A stretch of 64,000 nt of DNA from NCBI GenBank assembly GCA_964509755.1, contig CAZDYU010000005.1:524-64523 (forward strand), in the 5' to 3' direction. The DNA comes from an uncultured Terracidiphilus sp. (GTDB taxonomy: Bacteria > Acidobacteriota > Terriglobia > Terriglobales > Acidobacteriaceae). Below the pieces are notes generated by a model. It was not told the origin of the DNA, made no database searches, and saw only the letters and a list, made by a program, of their open reading frames with translations. Each line of letters opens with the position of its first letter. Within the stretch, counting starts at the first letter, position 1. This document shows, piece by piece, positions 16,713-28,230 of the stretch. A program made the position numbers and the translations under genes.

Positions 16713-19220
16713 TCAACCCACGGCCGGCCGAGGCTCCACTTTTCTGGTGACGATGTCGATCTTGGCGGGAGTCAGATCCGGCCCGTCCCAACCTTCCTTT
16801 GTTGCCTCAACGTGAATCGTGCCCGCGCTTTTCCCAGCCTGCACAATCACTTGCGCAAGGCCGTTGAACAGGGATCGCTTCGGCTCCTTGTCGCTCTCCG
16901 GGCAGTTGGGATCGCCGTTGCCCACGCCCAGCAGCGCACCCTCGCCAGTCACCTTGAATGCGATGAAATTGTTCGCCGTCGGAACTGGCCGGCCTTCCTT
17001 GTCCAGAGCCTCTACCGTCAGAATCGCCACGTCCTCGCCGTCGGCATTCATCTCGCCGCGGTCGGCGGTAAGCCGGATCGCCACAGTCGGCCCCGTCGTC
17101 TCGCGCTTCTCGCTGAGCACAACCTTGCCGCCCTTCACCCCCCGCGCCTCGATCGAGCCCGGCTCGTACTTCACCTTCCACTCCACGTGCCCCAGCCGCG
17201 GAACCTTCTGGCTGCCCAGGCTCTTGCCGTTCAGCAACAGTTCCACTTCGTCCAGATTCGAGTGCACCCACACCGGAATCTCCTCGCCCTCTTTGCCCGC
17301 AAAATTCCAGTGCGGAAAGAGATGCAGCACCGGCTCCGCACCCCACCATGCCTTGTAGTAGAAGAAGCTGTCCTTGGGAAAGCCGCACATGTCCACAATC
17401 CCGAATTGCGAGTTGATTGAAGGCCAGCCGTAGGGCGTTGGCTCGCCGCGATAATCGAAGCCCGTCCAGGCAAAGCCGCCGGCCGTCCACTCGCGCGTCG
17501 CGTAGAACTTCCACCACTCCTCGGCTGTTTCGCCCCATCGCGCCGGGTTCACGTCATAGGCGCTCTCGGTGTTGCGCAGCGCATCGGTCGAGTAGTCGCC
17601 GCGCGTTGAAAATGCGCTCGCCGTCTCCGATCCGTAGATAGCAAGCTTGGGATTCTTCTTGTGAAATTCATCCGGGAACTGCAACTGATAATTGAAGCCG
17701 ATAATATCGACGGCCTCGCTGACGCCTTTCTTGTTGTCGCCGTTCACCGCCGCCGAAACCACGCGCGTCGGGTCCAATTCATGGCAGCGCCGCACCATCG
17801 TCGCGGCAATCTTCGCGCCCTGCTCGGCCATCTCGTCATTCTGCAGATGCCACTCCTCGTTGCCAATCGACCAGAGAATGATCGACGGCGAATTGCGGTA
17901 GCGCTTGACCATCGCATCCAACTGCGCCAGACCCTCGGGGCTCGAACTCATCTGCCGCGTCTCGCACATCATCATCATGCCCATGCGATCGCAGGCCCCA
18001 ACCCACTCCGGCGTCGGCATATTGTGCGATGTGCGCACCGCATTGCCGCCCATCGCCTTCAAAACACCCAGCCGGAAATCCTGCAAGCGGTCCGGCAGCG
18101 CCGCGCCCACGCCCGCGTGATCCTGATGGTTGCATGTGCCTTGAATCTTCAGCGGCTTGCCGTTCAGGAAGAATCCCTTGTCCGCATCGAAGACCGCCGT
18201 GCGCACGCCAAAGCTGATCCGCTCGGCATCGCGCACCTTGCCGTTTCCATTGACCGTCACAACGGCTGTATATAAATAGGGATTCTCCACTGACCAGAGC
18301 TTGGGATTGGGAAGCTTCATCTCACAAGTGAAACTCGCCGATTCGTCCGGGTGCAGAGGATCGGAACGGCTTGCCCCACAACTACCGGGTATCAGCTTTC
18401 CCGCAGCGTCAAAAACCTGCCATTGAATGTCTACAGGTTCAGGTGTCTTTCCTTCATTTACAAGAACCGCGCCCAGAGAAAGCGTTGCCTCGCTGCCCTT
18501 GAGGTTCGCCCGCACATAGCTCTCCCACCGTCCCAGATGCAGCGCATCGGTCTTGGTCAGCCACACATGCCGGTAGATCCCCGCGCCCTCGTAGAACCAG
18601 CCGTCGCCAAAGCTCGCATCCACGCGCGCCACAATGCAATTCTTCGCGCCGTAGCTCAGAAAATCCGTCACATCGAAGCTGAAGGGCGCATAGCCGTTAT
18701 CATTGCGGCCAACAAAACAGCCATTCACAAAGATCAATACGCTGCGGAATGCGCCGTCAAACTCAACGCTGATCCGCCGTCCCAGATCGCTGGCGGGAAT
18801 CGCGAACTCGCGCCGGTACCAGCCCACGCTGGTCTCCGGATAGCGCCTGCCCAGCGGCTTGTAGCCGTGGGAATTCAACTCCGGGTCGCGCACAAAGGGC
18901 AGTTCCACCGCCCAATCGTGCGGCAGATTCAACGTGCGCCACTTCGAATCGTCGAATCCTGTCTTGGCAAAGGCAAATTCGCCAGTCTTGGCAAAGTCGC
19001 CCTGCCCGTTCCCAAATCCCAGATCGCGCGCCGGATCGCTGCCGTGGCCGAATTGAAACTTCCAGCCAAAATCAAAGAGCAATTGCTCCCGCGGGCTGGC
19101 CGCCACCGGCGAACCTGCAAGCTGCGCTGCTGTACGCGCCCAAACCGAACGAGCCACTAGCGATGAGGCGGAAAGAACCAATCCTGAACGGAGCAGACTG
19201 CGGCGAGAAATCTTCGGCAC
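16713..19220 (-). CDS. GH2 beta-galactosidase with Tat signal
   Basis: SRRSLL; LPHDWAVE, GWFYEGAGIYRHV, NHQDHAGVG, WSIGNEE, WTGFDYRGEPTP. Confidence 0.92.
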   Translation of the reverse strand: MPKISRRSLLRSGLVLSASSLVARSVWARTAAQLAGSPVAASPREQLLFDFGWKFQFGHGSDPARDLGFGNGQGDFAKTGEFAFAKTGFDDSKWRTLNLPHDWAVELPFVRDPELNSHGYKPLGRRYPETSVGWYRREFAIPASDLGRRISVEFDGAFRSVLIFVNGCFVGRNDNGYAPFSFDVTDFLSYGAKNCIVARVDASFGDGWFYEGAGIYRHVWLTKTDALHLGRWESYVRANLKGSEATLSLGAVLVNEGKTPEPVDIQWQVFDAAGKLIPGSCGASRSDPLHPDESASFTCEMKLPNPKLWSVENPYLYTAVVTVNGNGKVRDAERISFGVRTAVFDADKGFFLNGKPLKIQGTCNHQDHAGVGAALPDRLQDFRLGVLKAMGGNAVRTSHNMPTPEWVGACDRMGMMMMCETRQMSSSPEGLAQLDAMVKRYRNSPSIILWSIGNEEWHLQNDEMAEQGAKIAATMVRRCHELDPTRVVSAAVNGDNKKGVSEAVDIIGFNYQLQFPDEFHKKNPKLAIYGSETASAFSTRGDYSTDALRNTESAYDVNPARWGETAEEWWKFYATREWTAGGFAWTGFDYRGEPTPYGWPSINSQFGIVDMCGFPKDSFFYYKAWWGAEPVLHLFPHWNFAGKEGEEIPVWVHSNLDEVELLLNGKSLGSQKVPRLGHVEWKVKYEPGSIEARGVKGGKVVLSEKRETTGPTVAIRLTADRGEMNADGEDVAILTVEALDKEGRPVPTANNFIAFKVTGEGALLGVGNGDPNCPESDKEPKRSLFNGLAQVIVQAGKSAGTIHVEATKEGWDGPDLTPAKIDIVTRKVEPRPAVG

Positions 19221-19356
19221 GGAGACGACCTCTTCAATATCGAGCTCTCGCCGTAAAACACAACTGGCTACCGCCCGGCGAACAAAGAGAAACTATAGAA
19301 GAGTAGCCCCGCACCTGTAAACGTGCCCGCAAATCGAAGCTGTAAAGGGGCCCGGC

Positions 19357-20127
19357 TCAGGCGTCGGTGTGGGGATTCTTCACTGTCGAGCGGTTCCTGC
19401 GGAAGATAACCCCTGCAAGACCCAGCAGCCCCGTCCCCAGCAAAATCAGGCTGCTCGGCTCAGGCGCGTGGGGCGGCGTGGGACCATCCTGGAAGCCTGC
19501 GAATGCAATGAAATTCTGCGGAACGTCGTCGCCCGTAGGCCATCCCCACTCCGGAATGTAGATAACGAACTGCTCATAAAAGGTCGCCGGCTCGGTGCCC
19601 AGGCTCACGGCCGCAATCGCCGCGGCCAATTGAGTTGCCGCCCCGCCGTCGGCCGGCGCAGCCGAGGCCTTCGCATTTGCTGAAAAAATCTCCCATGCCG
19701 CCCATTGATCGTCGATAGCCTTCGTGGTGTTGCCCGCCGCAATCGCCACGTTGTCGTCATTGAAGAGCCACGCCGCCTCTTCTTCCTGCGTGCCGGTGAT
19801 CGCCTGAACCTGCGCAACCCAGCTTTCGCCCTCGCTGATGTCGTTGTCGAAGCTGACACACATCCCAGACATTTGGTTGGAGCTTCCATCGACACTCAAA
19901 TAGTAGGGATAGGCAGCATCGACACCGTAACTCAAACTCCCGGTGCCTACAAGCTCCAGAGTGACATAAGAACCAATCGTATCGGCGTGAGCCGTAAAGG
20001 GAGAGAACCAAAGCAGAGCACAAAATGCAAAAACAGATAGAGCCGCACAACCTCGAAAACGCCTCATTGCTTCAAGCCCTTCTAGTCCGTCAGAAGCCGG
20101 GGGCAACCCATCGAGCAGGTTGTGCAT
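19357..20127 (-). CDS. PEP-CTERM sorting domain protein
   Basis: C-terminal APEPSSLILLGTGLLGLAGVIFRR; signal peptide ending AHA-D; start uncertain. Confidence 0.85.
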   Translation of the reverse strand: MHNLLDGLPPASDGLEGLEAMRRFRGCAALSVFAFCALLWFSPFTAHADTIGSYVTLELVGTGSLSYGVDAAYPYYLSVDGSSNQMSGMCVSFDNDISEGESWVAQVQAITGTQEEEAAWLFNDDNVAIAAGNTTKAIDDQWAAWEIFSANAKASAAPADGGAATQLAAAIAAVSLGTEPATFYEQFVIYIPEWGWPTGDDVPQNFIAFAGFQDGPTPPHAPEPSSLILLGTGLLGLAGVIFRRNRSTVKNPHTDA

Positions 20128-20557
20128 TCTGTGCGCACGTCAAACAACCGCAAACCGTCGTGGATCGACGCGAAAAAAGAAATCATGAATCTCAATACAG
20201 AATTCCGTCAAGCATCAAGATTCCGATCCAGTGTAATGAGTTTAGGGCGTTTGAAAGGCCCGCACAAGATTACGGGCACATAGTTACTTAGGTACTCTTG
20301 GTGAAGTTTATCCCGTTACGTAGCTGATTTTACAAGGACTTCTGGTAACACCGAACCGGCTTGCAGCGCGGCCACTGTGGCCCTCCTCGGCTCGTGTGCA
20401 TCGGAACATTGCGCACCTATCTCTTTTGTACCTCGCCACTTTACCAGGCAGCACGTAATCCTGCGCGGCAAAAAATCCCCAGATTCGGGGCCCCGGCTAT
20501 ACGGTCCGATGAAAAACTCGACTCAGAGGGAGACGGAGTTTTAATCCCTGTGCAAGG

Positions 20558-21247
<690 letters not shown>

Positions 21248-21285
21248 CCTAAGTAAGCAAAGCCGATGAACCGCTTTTTTCTCAG

Positions 21286-21346
21286 AACTGACAACTGATA
21301 ACTGAAAACTGACAACTGACAACTGACAACTGAAAACTGAAAACTG
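21286..21346. repeat. 7-bp tandem repeat AACTGA(C/A/T), about 8.7 units
   Basis: Direct reading; lies immediately after the purM stop. Confidence 0.92.
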
Positions 21347-21347
21347 T

Positions 21348-22412
21348 CTACGTATACTGCACTCGCCGCTCACCCTTCACCACGCGGCCCACAACGTAGA
21401 ACTTCTCCTCGGCGCGGTCCAGCAGGTTTTTGGCGCGGGCAAACTTGGCCGCGGGAATGGCTGCAATCAGTCCGATGCCCATATTGAAAGTGCGCATCAT
21501 CTCCTCTTGCGAGACCGCGCCCAGCGTGCGCAGATGCTCAAAGATGGGCAAAACCGGCCAGGAGCCGATCTCGATCTGTGCAGTGACATTTTTAGGCAGG
21601 ATGCGGGGCAGATTCTCCGTGATGCCGCCGCCGGTGATGTGCGCCATGCCCGTCGTCACTCCTGCGGTCACCAGCTTTTGTATCACATGCAGGTAGCTGC
21701 GATGGGTCTTCATCAGCGCCGCTCCGGCCTTCTCCTTGATCGCAGTCACGTACTGCGTGGGCTTGTAGCCAGCCACTTCGAAGAGCAGCTTGCGGGCCAG
21801 CGAATAGCCGTTGGTGTGCAGACCGGTCGAAGGCACGCCGATCAGCACATCCCCTGCCTTGATCCCCGCGCCCACCACCATCTTGTCGCGGTCCACCGCG
21901 CCCACAATGAAGCCCGCCAGGTCGTACTCGCCATCTGCGTAGAAGCCCGGCATCTGCGCCGTCTCGCCGCCGATCAGCGCGCAGCCGTTGGCCTTGCAGG
22001 CATCGGCCAGCCCGGTGATGACGCTTTCGGTCACCTCCGCGTCCAGCTTGCCGCTGGCAAAATAGTCCAGGAAAAACAACGGCGTCGCCCCCTGCACCGC
22101 AATATCGTTCACGCAGTGGTTCACCAGATCCGCGCCCACCGTGTGGTGCAGCCCCAGCTCGAAGGCGACCTTTAATTTGGTTCCCACGCCGTCGGCCGAG
22201 CTCACCAAAATCGGATTCTTCCAGCGCTGCATGTCCAGCCGGTAAAGCGCGCCAAAGCCGCCAATCCCGCCCAGTACATTGCGGTTGAAGGTCTTTTGCG
22301 CCAGGTACTTGATGCGTTCCTTGGCGCGGTCGCCGCCGCTGATGTCCACTCCGGCGTCGGCGTAAGTGATGGAAAGTGGCTTGGATTCAACAGGCTCAGT
22401 CTTGTCAGGCAT
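21348..22412 (-). CDS. purM: Phosphoribosylformylglycinamidine cyclo-ligase
   Basis: Motifs YADAGVDI, DGVGTKL, GGETAQMPG, HITGGG, RTFNMGIG. Confidence 0.96.
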   Translation of the reverse strand: MPDKTEPVESKPLSITYADAGVDISGGDRAKERIKYLAQKTFNRNVLGGIGGFGALYRLDMQRWKNPILVSSADGVGTKLKVAFELGLHHTVGADLVNHCVNDIAVQGATPLFFLDYFASGKLDAEVTESVITGLADACKANGCALIGGETAQMPGFYADGEYDLAGFIVGAVDRDKMVVGAGIKAGDVLIGVPSTGLHTNGYSLARKLLFEVAGYKPTQYVTAIKEKAGAALMKTHRSYLHVIQKLVTAGVTTGMAHITGGGITENLPRILPKNVTAQIEIGSWPVLPIFEHLRTLGAVSQEEMMRTFNMGIGLIAAIPAAKFARAKNLLDRAEEKFYVVGRVVKGERRVQYT

Positions 22413-22549
22413 GATGCGGCTTTCTACGGATGGAGTTGTCGGGCGGCGCTTCTGGCCGGAAAGGTCAATCTTAGCAGGATTTCAGCAGCTTCCACCACAT
22501 TATGAGAGGCAACTCATCTTGGGAACAGAGGAAATCTCGACATTTGTTT

Positions 22550-22610
22550 GGAAAGTCAGCTTGACATCCAGCGACTCCCGCGCTACTCTAGCTTGGAAAG
22601 TTAGCTTTCC
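22550..22610 (+). promoter_or_regulatory. Sigma70 promoter with two palindromic operator-like sites
   Basis: TTGACA (22561), 17 nt, TACTCT (22584); GGAAAGTCAGCTTGAC (22550-22565) and GGAAAGTTAGCTTTCC (22595-22610). Confidence 0.7.
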
Positions 22611-22823
22611 ATGCCGAACACCATCACAAACCGGGTCAAAGAGCTGCGCATCGCCCGCGAGTGGACCCAGGAGCAACTGGCGCGCGAGGCCGGCGTCTCC
22701 CGACAGAGCATCAACTCCATCGAGCGCAACCGCTACGTGCCCAGCCTGGAGCTGGCGCTCGCCTTCGCCCGCCTCTTTGAATGCTCCACCGACGAAATCT
22801 TCCAATTGGAGAACGAAAAATGA
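22611..22823 (+). CDS. Xre-family HTH transcriptional regulator
   Basis: NRVKELR..WTQEQLA..VSRQSINSIE..YVPSLELA. Confidence 0.92.
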   Translation: MPNTITNRVKELRIAREWTQEQLAREAGVSRQSINSIERNRYVPSLELALAFARLFECSTDEIFQLENEK

Positions 22824-23059
22824 AACCTCACATCCTCGGCAGAATCCCAATTCTCGGCCAATTCGTCGATGAACGATTCCTGGAGCATCGCCGCCGTGCC
22901 ACCAGCATCGCCGGCTTTGCCATGGTTTTTGCCGCGCTCGGCCTTTGGGAATACCGGCTTTTGGTCGATCATATCTGCGATTGGGAGCTGCTCGCCCTCA
23001 TCGCAATCTTCGCTGTTGTCAAAACTTCGGCGTTCTTTTGGTACCGCTTCCACGATTGA
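22820..23059 (+). CDS. Small membrane protein
   Basis: ATGA overlap with the regulator stop; two hydrophobic segments. Confidence 0.7.
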   Translation: MKPHILGRIPILGQFVDERFLEHRRRATSIAGFAMVFAALGLWEYRLLVDHICDWELLALIAIFAVVKTSAFFWYRFHD

Positions 23060-23089
23060 TTCAACCACTCTTGAAAGGAGATTTGAAAA

Positions 23090-23332
23090 ATGTGTCTCAA
23101 TCATCGCCAGCTTGATCCCCAATCCCGCCGCCGCATCGTCGTCGCCAACCTCTCGCTGATTCTCGCCATTCTGCTGTGGAACTCCGAACGCTGGAATTGG
23201 GTCCATACTTCAAGCCAGTTCCAGAAGAATTGGCTCGACGCAATCACCGGCTTTCTATTCGGCCTGTACATAACAATCAACCTCATCATTCTGCGGCGTC
23301 GCGGCGGCTGCGGCCAGAGCCAGAATGGTTGA
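23090..23332 (+). CDS. Small membrane protein
   Basis: AAGGAG RBS; two hydrophobic segments. Confidence 0.7.
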   Translation: MCLNHRQLDPQSRRRIVVANLSLILAILLWNSERWNWVHTSSQFQKNWLDAITGFLFGLYITINLIILRRRGGCGQSQNG

Positions 23333-23547
23333 AGATTTGCTGGGAGAAGTTCGAGGACAACAACAATTCAAATTGTGCGGATAGCGGGGCAAGCTGCGCT
23401 GTTCCTCTCGGCAGGGTGCAGCCGAAAATAACCCTGGGTGAAACCTGGGAAGAGACACGACAGAAAGCGATTCTGGCGCATAGCAACGCCTGAATGCATT
23501 TTGACTCAGGAATCCATCTCACGCCTCGCCCTTCTATACTGGACTCC

Positions 23548-24873
23548 ATGAGTTTCCCATCCGCAGCCCACCCCCGCACCCGCTCCCAGTCCCTCCAACA
23601 GCGTGCCGAGCGGTTCTTTCCCGGCGGCGTCAACTCGCCGGTGCGGGCCTTTGCCGCGGTGGGTGGCGCGCCTCCTTTTATCCAGAGCGCGGCTGGCGCT
23701 CACCTTGCCGACGCAGACGGCAATCGCTACATCGACTACTTTGGCTCCTGGGGGCCGATGATTCTGGGCCACGCCTTTCCACCGGTCGTCGAAGCCATCG
23801 AGCGCGCCGCCCGCGACTCAGCCAGCTTCGGCGCATCCACAGCCTCCGAGGCCGATCTGGCCGAGCGCGTTGTCGCCTGCTTTCCGGCCATTGAGAAACT
23901 CCGCTTCGTCAGCTCCGGCACCGAGGCCACGATGAGCGCCATCCGCCTGGCCCGCGCCGCCACCGGCCGCAAGATCGTCGTCAAATTCGAGGGCTGCTAC
24001 CACGGCCACTCCGACGGCCTGCTGGTCAAGGCCGGCTCCGGCGTCGCCACCTTTGGAATCCCGGGCTCTGCGGGCGTTCCCGAGGAAATTGCCGGCCTCA
24101 CCCTCGCTCTGCCTTACAACGATCTGCCCGCCGTCGAGGCGGCATTCAAGGCGCATCCCGGCGCCATCGCCGCCGTGATTCTGGAGCCTGTCGTCGGCAA
24201 CGCTGGCTGCATTCCGCCCGCCGCTGGCTACCTGGACGGCCTGCGTGCGCTCACTGAAGACAATGGCGCGCTGCTGATCGCCGACGAGGTAATGACCGGC
24301 TTCCGCGTGGCTCTGGGCGGCGCTTGCGAGCTCTATTCGCTTGATCCCGACCTCGTCACGCTGGGCAAGATCGTCGGCGGAGGATTGCCCGTCGGCGTCT
24401 TCGGCGGTAAGCGCGTCTACATGGACCTTCTGGCCCCACTCGGCCCCGTCTACCAGGCAGGAACGCTCAGCGGCAACCCGCTGGCAATGGCCGCCGGCAT
24501 CGCGACTCTGAGTTATTTGCAGGCCCACGCCGCCCAAGTTTATCCGCAACTGGAAGCCACCGCCAAAGCCGTCTTTGAGGGCGTGGCCGCTGAAGCCGCC
24601 CGTGCCGGCATTCCAATTACGCTCAACCGCGTCGGCTCAATGGGCACCTGGTTCTTCACCGCCGCTCCAGTCACAAACTATGCCCAGGCTGCCCAAAGCG
24701 ATACAGCCGCCTTTGGGCGATTTCACCGGGCGATGCTCGATTCTGGCGTCTGGCTGCCGCCCTCGCAATTCGAGGCGGCATTTCTCAGCACGGCGCATGG
24801 CGCATCGGAGACCGCCGCGACCATTGCCGCCGCGCGTGAGGCTTTCAAGCTGTTGCAGCCCAGCCTATCGTGA
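23548..24873 (+). CDS. hemL: Glutamate-1-semialdehyde 2,1-aminomutase
   Basis: Motifs [46 protein letters not shown]. Confidence 0.96.
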   Translation: MSFPSAAHPRTRSQSLQQRAERFFPGGVNSPVRAFAAVGGAPPFIQSAAGAHLADADGNRYIDYFGSWGPMILGHAFPPVVEAIERAARDSASFGASTASEADLAERVVACFPAIEKLRFVSSGTEATMSAIRLARAATGRKIVVKFEGCYHGHSDGLLVKAGSGVATFGIPGSAGVPEEIAGLTLALPYNDLPAVEAAFKAHPGAIAAVILEPVVGNAGCIPPAAGYLDGLRALTEDNGALLIADEVMTGFRVALGGACELYSLDPDLVTLGKIVGGGLPVGVFGGKRVYMDLLAPLGPVYQAGTLSGNPLAMAAGIATLSYLQAHAAQVYPQLEATAKAVFEGVAAEAARAGIPITLNRVGSMGTWFFTAAPVTNYAQAAQSDTAAFGRFHRAMLDSGVWLPPSQFEAAFLSTAHGASETAATIAAAREAFKLLQPSLS

Positions 24874-26190
24874 CATTCTCGCCCGCAAAGCGCCCAAGCC
24901 CGTGTGCATCAATTCACAGCTTGAGCTTCTATCGCAGCGGAAATGTATATTGACCGGATAATCCTGCCAGCGCGAATCGGCTGAAGCCGCAGTCGCACCG
25001 GCAATGTAAAAGGTCTTTCTGCCGCGCGTCTGGATCACGCCATGAACAGTGTCGAAATCCTCGATCGAGTCGTCTCCTTCAATCCAGAACGCCAGCAACT
25101 TGGCCGCGACCTTGGCCGCCGCCCGCTTGCGCGCGGCAAGCTCGGCAGAGGAGGGCCGCCCCGCGCTGGCCTCAATCTCCTTCTGGCGCTTCAATAGTTC
25201 GCTCTGTTCCGCCAAAGATGGAAAGTCGGGCACAAAACTCCAGTTTGTAGCCTTCTCGTAAGCCGCGCCTGAGCAGGACAAATCCCCTTCCGCATTGAGC
25301 GCCGCAATCTGCCCATCCGGCCCAATTTGATTCTGGAAGACATCATGTCCCTGCTCGCGTTCTGTCTCCTCGGCCTGCAATCGCGCCGGATCCGTTCCCT
25401 GCGCCAACTGCGCGCTGAGGGGGTTCGCCGCATTCGCATTTGCCGCGCTTGAGCCATCAGGCTCGGCAAGCGCCGCCACGTTCTGTGCGTTGTGCTTCAA
25501 TAAAACATTCTTGGAACACAAGACAAAGCCTTCTGAATTTTGCAGCCTGAGTTCAACGGAAAGCGGACGTGGCGAACTGCCAACAGCCAGCGCAAAACCT
25601 GACTGATAGTCGGGATCGCTGGGTTTGATCGCCAGCCTATAAACCAGCTTTTTGTCCCACTGAATGAAGAGGTGGCCAGACAATCCGGCCGCGCTCGATG
25701 TCACCGATCCCAGGTCGTACCGTCCCACCGGATCGCTCATCAACCACGAGATGGTGACAAACGCAAAGCCCAGAAGAATTCCAAAGCCCACGCCCGCCGC
25801 CGCATAAACTCTGGTCTGACTCTTGACGAACCACCTGATCAGATCCAGCAGTTTCTCGCGTAAGGTCGAAGGCGAAGCCGGAACTGAAGCCGAAACCGGA
25901 ACGTAGGCGGCGATCTTCGGCTCTTCAGCGGCCGCGCTCAGGTTGATCGCAACTGGCTCCTCCGTAAACGCGCTTTCGGCCAAAACAGAAGGCAACTCGG
26001 GCGGCGGGAGTTCATCCCCCGCGCCTTCCGTCTCCGCGCCTACAATCCGATAGCCGCTCACCGGCAGCGGCTTGGGCTCGGCGCTTTCTCCAGTTAGATC
26101 GGGCACTTCAACGTTCAGATACTTGTCGAAATCCTCTGTCTGCTGGTCTTTTCGCTTGCGATTGGGAAACCTCGGATCGTCTTCGTACAC
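24865..26190 (-). CDS. Hypothetical single-TM protein
   Basis: Long ORF; GTG at 26190 preceded by GGAGG; acidic/Pro-rich N-terminus then TM helix. Confidence 0.65.
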   Translation of the reverse strand: MYEDDPRFPNRKRKDQQTEDFDKYLNVEVPDLTGESAEPKPLPVSGYRIVGAETEGAGDELPPPELPSVLAESAFTEEPVAINLSAAAEEPKIAAYVPVSASVPASPSTLREKLLDLIRWFVKSQTRVYAAAGVGFGILLGFAFVTISWLMSDPVGRYDLGSVTSSAAGLSGHLFIQWDKKLVYRLAIKPSDPDYQSGFALAVGSSPRPLSVELRLQNSEGFVLCSKNVLLKHNAQNVAALAEPDGSSAANANAANPLSAQLAQGTDPARLQAEETEREQGHDVFQNQIGPDGQIAALNAEGDLSCSGAAYEKATNWSFVPDFPSLAEQSELLKRQKEIEASAGRPSSAELAARKRAAAKVAAKLLAFWIEGDDSIEDFDTVHGVIQTRGRKTFYIAGATAASADSRWQDYPVNIHFRCDRSSSCELMHTGLGALRARMSR

Positions 26191-26425
26191 CGAAATCCTC
26201 CGAATGAAGTAGATGATGACATCGATCTTTGGAATCAACAACATTGAATCACATAAAAACCCCGCTGCATACCCCAAATTGATGCCCGTGTACCAAATGA
26301 TGCTTTCCGATGCGGAAACTGCCCGGCAAAACGCAGCCGCCCCACTCAGGCGAATCTTTTTGTCTCTGCCCGAAGCCTCTCTCGTCCAGTCAGCATCCAA
26401 CCTCATAGAACAGGGAGGAACAGCC

Positions 26426-27541
26426 ATGATCGTAGGCGTTCCCAAAGAGATCAAGAACAATGAAGCCCGCGTGGGCGTGACGCCGGCAGGCGTCAAGGCT
26501 CTGGCCGAGGCAGGCCACAAAATTCTGATTGAGACACAGGCCGGCGCGCAATCCGGCTTCCCCGACGAGCAGTACCAGAATGCCGGCGCTGAGATTGTAG
26601 GGGATGCCGGCCACGTTTGGGGCAACTCGGAAATGATTGTCAAAGTCAAAGAGCCCATCGAGCCGGAGTTTGTTTACTTTCGCGAGAACCTGCTTCTGTT
26701 CACTTTTCTTCACCTCGCACCGCTGCTAGAGCTGACCGGCAAGCTGCTCGAGTCCAAGGTCGCCGGCATCGCCTATGAGACGGTGCGCGACCGCCAGGGC
26801 ACGCTGCCGCTGCTGACGCCAATGAGCGAAGTTGCGGGCCGCATGAGCGTGCAGGTAGGGGCAGCTTACCTTGAAAAAGAGCGCGGCGGACGCGGCATTC
26901 TGCTCGGCGGCGTGCCGGGCGTCGCTCCAGCCAACGTGACCATCATCGGCGGCGGCGTGGTGGGAACCAATGCCGCCAAGATCGCGCTGGGCTTTGGTGC
27001 CAGAGTCGCAATTGTGGACCAGAATCTGAATCGCCTGCGCGAGCTGGACGATATCTTCAGTGGCCGCCTCTGCACCCTGGCCTCGAACAGTTACAACATT
27101 GCCCAAGCCACGCGCGAGGCCGATCTGGTAATCGGCGCGGTGCTTATTCCCGGCTCGACTGCGCCCCATCTGGTAACCCGCCCCATGGTCGCCCAGATGA
27201 AGAAGGGCGCGGTCATTGTCGATGTGGCCATCGATCAGGGCGGCTGCGTCGAGACGGCCCGGCCCACCTCGCACTCCAAGCCAAGTTATCTTGTCGATGG
27301 CGTGGTGCATTACTGCGTCACCAACATGCCCGGCGCGGTGCCGCACACCTCCACGCTGGCGCTGACCAACTCGACCTTTCCCTATCTGCTGCGCATTGCC
27401 AACCTTGGCGCCCGCGAGGCGCTGCTTCAGGATGCCGGCCTTGCCGAAGGGCTCAATACCTGGCAAGGCCAACTCACCTGCCGCGGCGTGGCCCAGAGCC
27501 AGCAGCGCCCGTGGGTTGCGGCAGTTGATGCAATCCGATAA
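26426..27541 (+). CDS. ald: Alanine dehydrogenase
   Basis: Motifs [39 protein letters not shown]. Confidence 0.96.
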   Translation: MIVGVPKEIKNNEARVGVTPAGVKALAEAGHKILIETQAGAQSGFPDEQYQNAGAEIVGDAGHVWGNSEMIVKVKEPIEPEFVYFRENLLLFTFLHLAPLLELTGKLLESKVAGIAYETVRDRQGTLPLLTPMSEVAGRMSVQVGAAYLEKERGGRGILLGGVPGVAPANVTIIGGGVVGTNAAKIALGFGARVAIVDQNLNRLRELDDIFSGRLCTLASNSYNIAQATREADLVIGAVLIPGSTAPHLVTRPMVAQMKKGAVIVDVAIDQGGCVETARPTSHSKPSYLVDGVVHYCVTNMPGAVPHTSTLALTNSTFPYLLRIANLGAREALLQDAGLAEGLNTWQGQLTCRGVAQSQQRPWVAAVDAIR

Positions 27542-27573
27542 GTTGGCTTTATCTTGAATGAGAATCGTTACGC

Positions 27574-28101
27574 ATGACTCCGGCTGCGGACACAACCAAA
27601 ATGCCTGATGCAAAACTCACTGCCGAAATGAACGCCCTGCTTGCGGAGATGCGGCTGCTGGCCTCCGAAGCGCTTTCACTCAGGGCTTTGCAAGAGCGCA
27701 TCGTCCAAGCCATCGCGGAAAAGTTTTCTTACTATAATTGGACCGGCTTCTACATGCTCGATTTCGCCGAGTCCGAAACTTTGCTGCTTGGGCCTTTCGT
27801 CGGCGACCCAACTCCTCATGTCCGCATCCCCGTCACAGAAGGCATCTGCGGTGCCGCGGCGGCATCGGGAGAGACCGTGATCGTCGATGATGTCAACGCC
27901 GATCCGCGCTATCTTTCCTGCTCCATCCAAACAAAATCCGAGATCGTCGTTCCTATCTTCGCGCACGGCAAAGTCGTTGGCGAGATCGACATCGACAGCC
28001 ACAGCGCAGCCGCCTTCACCAGCCTCGATCGCGCATTCCTTGAAGCAGCCGCCCAGATCGTTGGGGACTTCATCGAAAGGAACGCTCTCCACACCGATTG
28101 A
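27574..28101 (+). CDS. GAF-domain protein, free methionine-R-sulfoxide reductase-like
   Basis: NWTGFY, LGPFVG, GICGAAA, YLSCS...SEIVVP, EIDIDS; start could be 27601. Confidence 0.8.
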   Translation: MTPAADTTKMPDAKLTAEMNALLAEMRLLASEALSLRALQERIVQAIAEKFSYYNWTGFYMLDFAESETLLLGPFVGDPTPHVRIPVTEGICGAAAASGETVIVDDVNADPRYLSCSIQTKSEIVVPIFAHGKVVGEIDIDSHSAAAFTSLDRAFLEAAAQIVGDFIERNALHTD

Positions 28102-28230
28102 AGCCGCGAACTCCCTTCACAACAATCTCTGTAACTTTCGCGGGGCATTCAGAGTCTCATAGTGTGCGTGGGCGTTGTCAGTACATTCTTTGATGAAAAG
28201 GAATGGCGCATCGCCAAAGGAGATTCCGGC

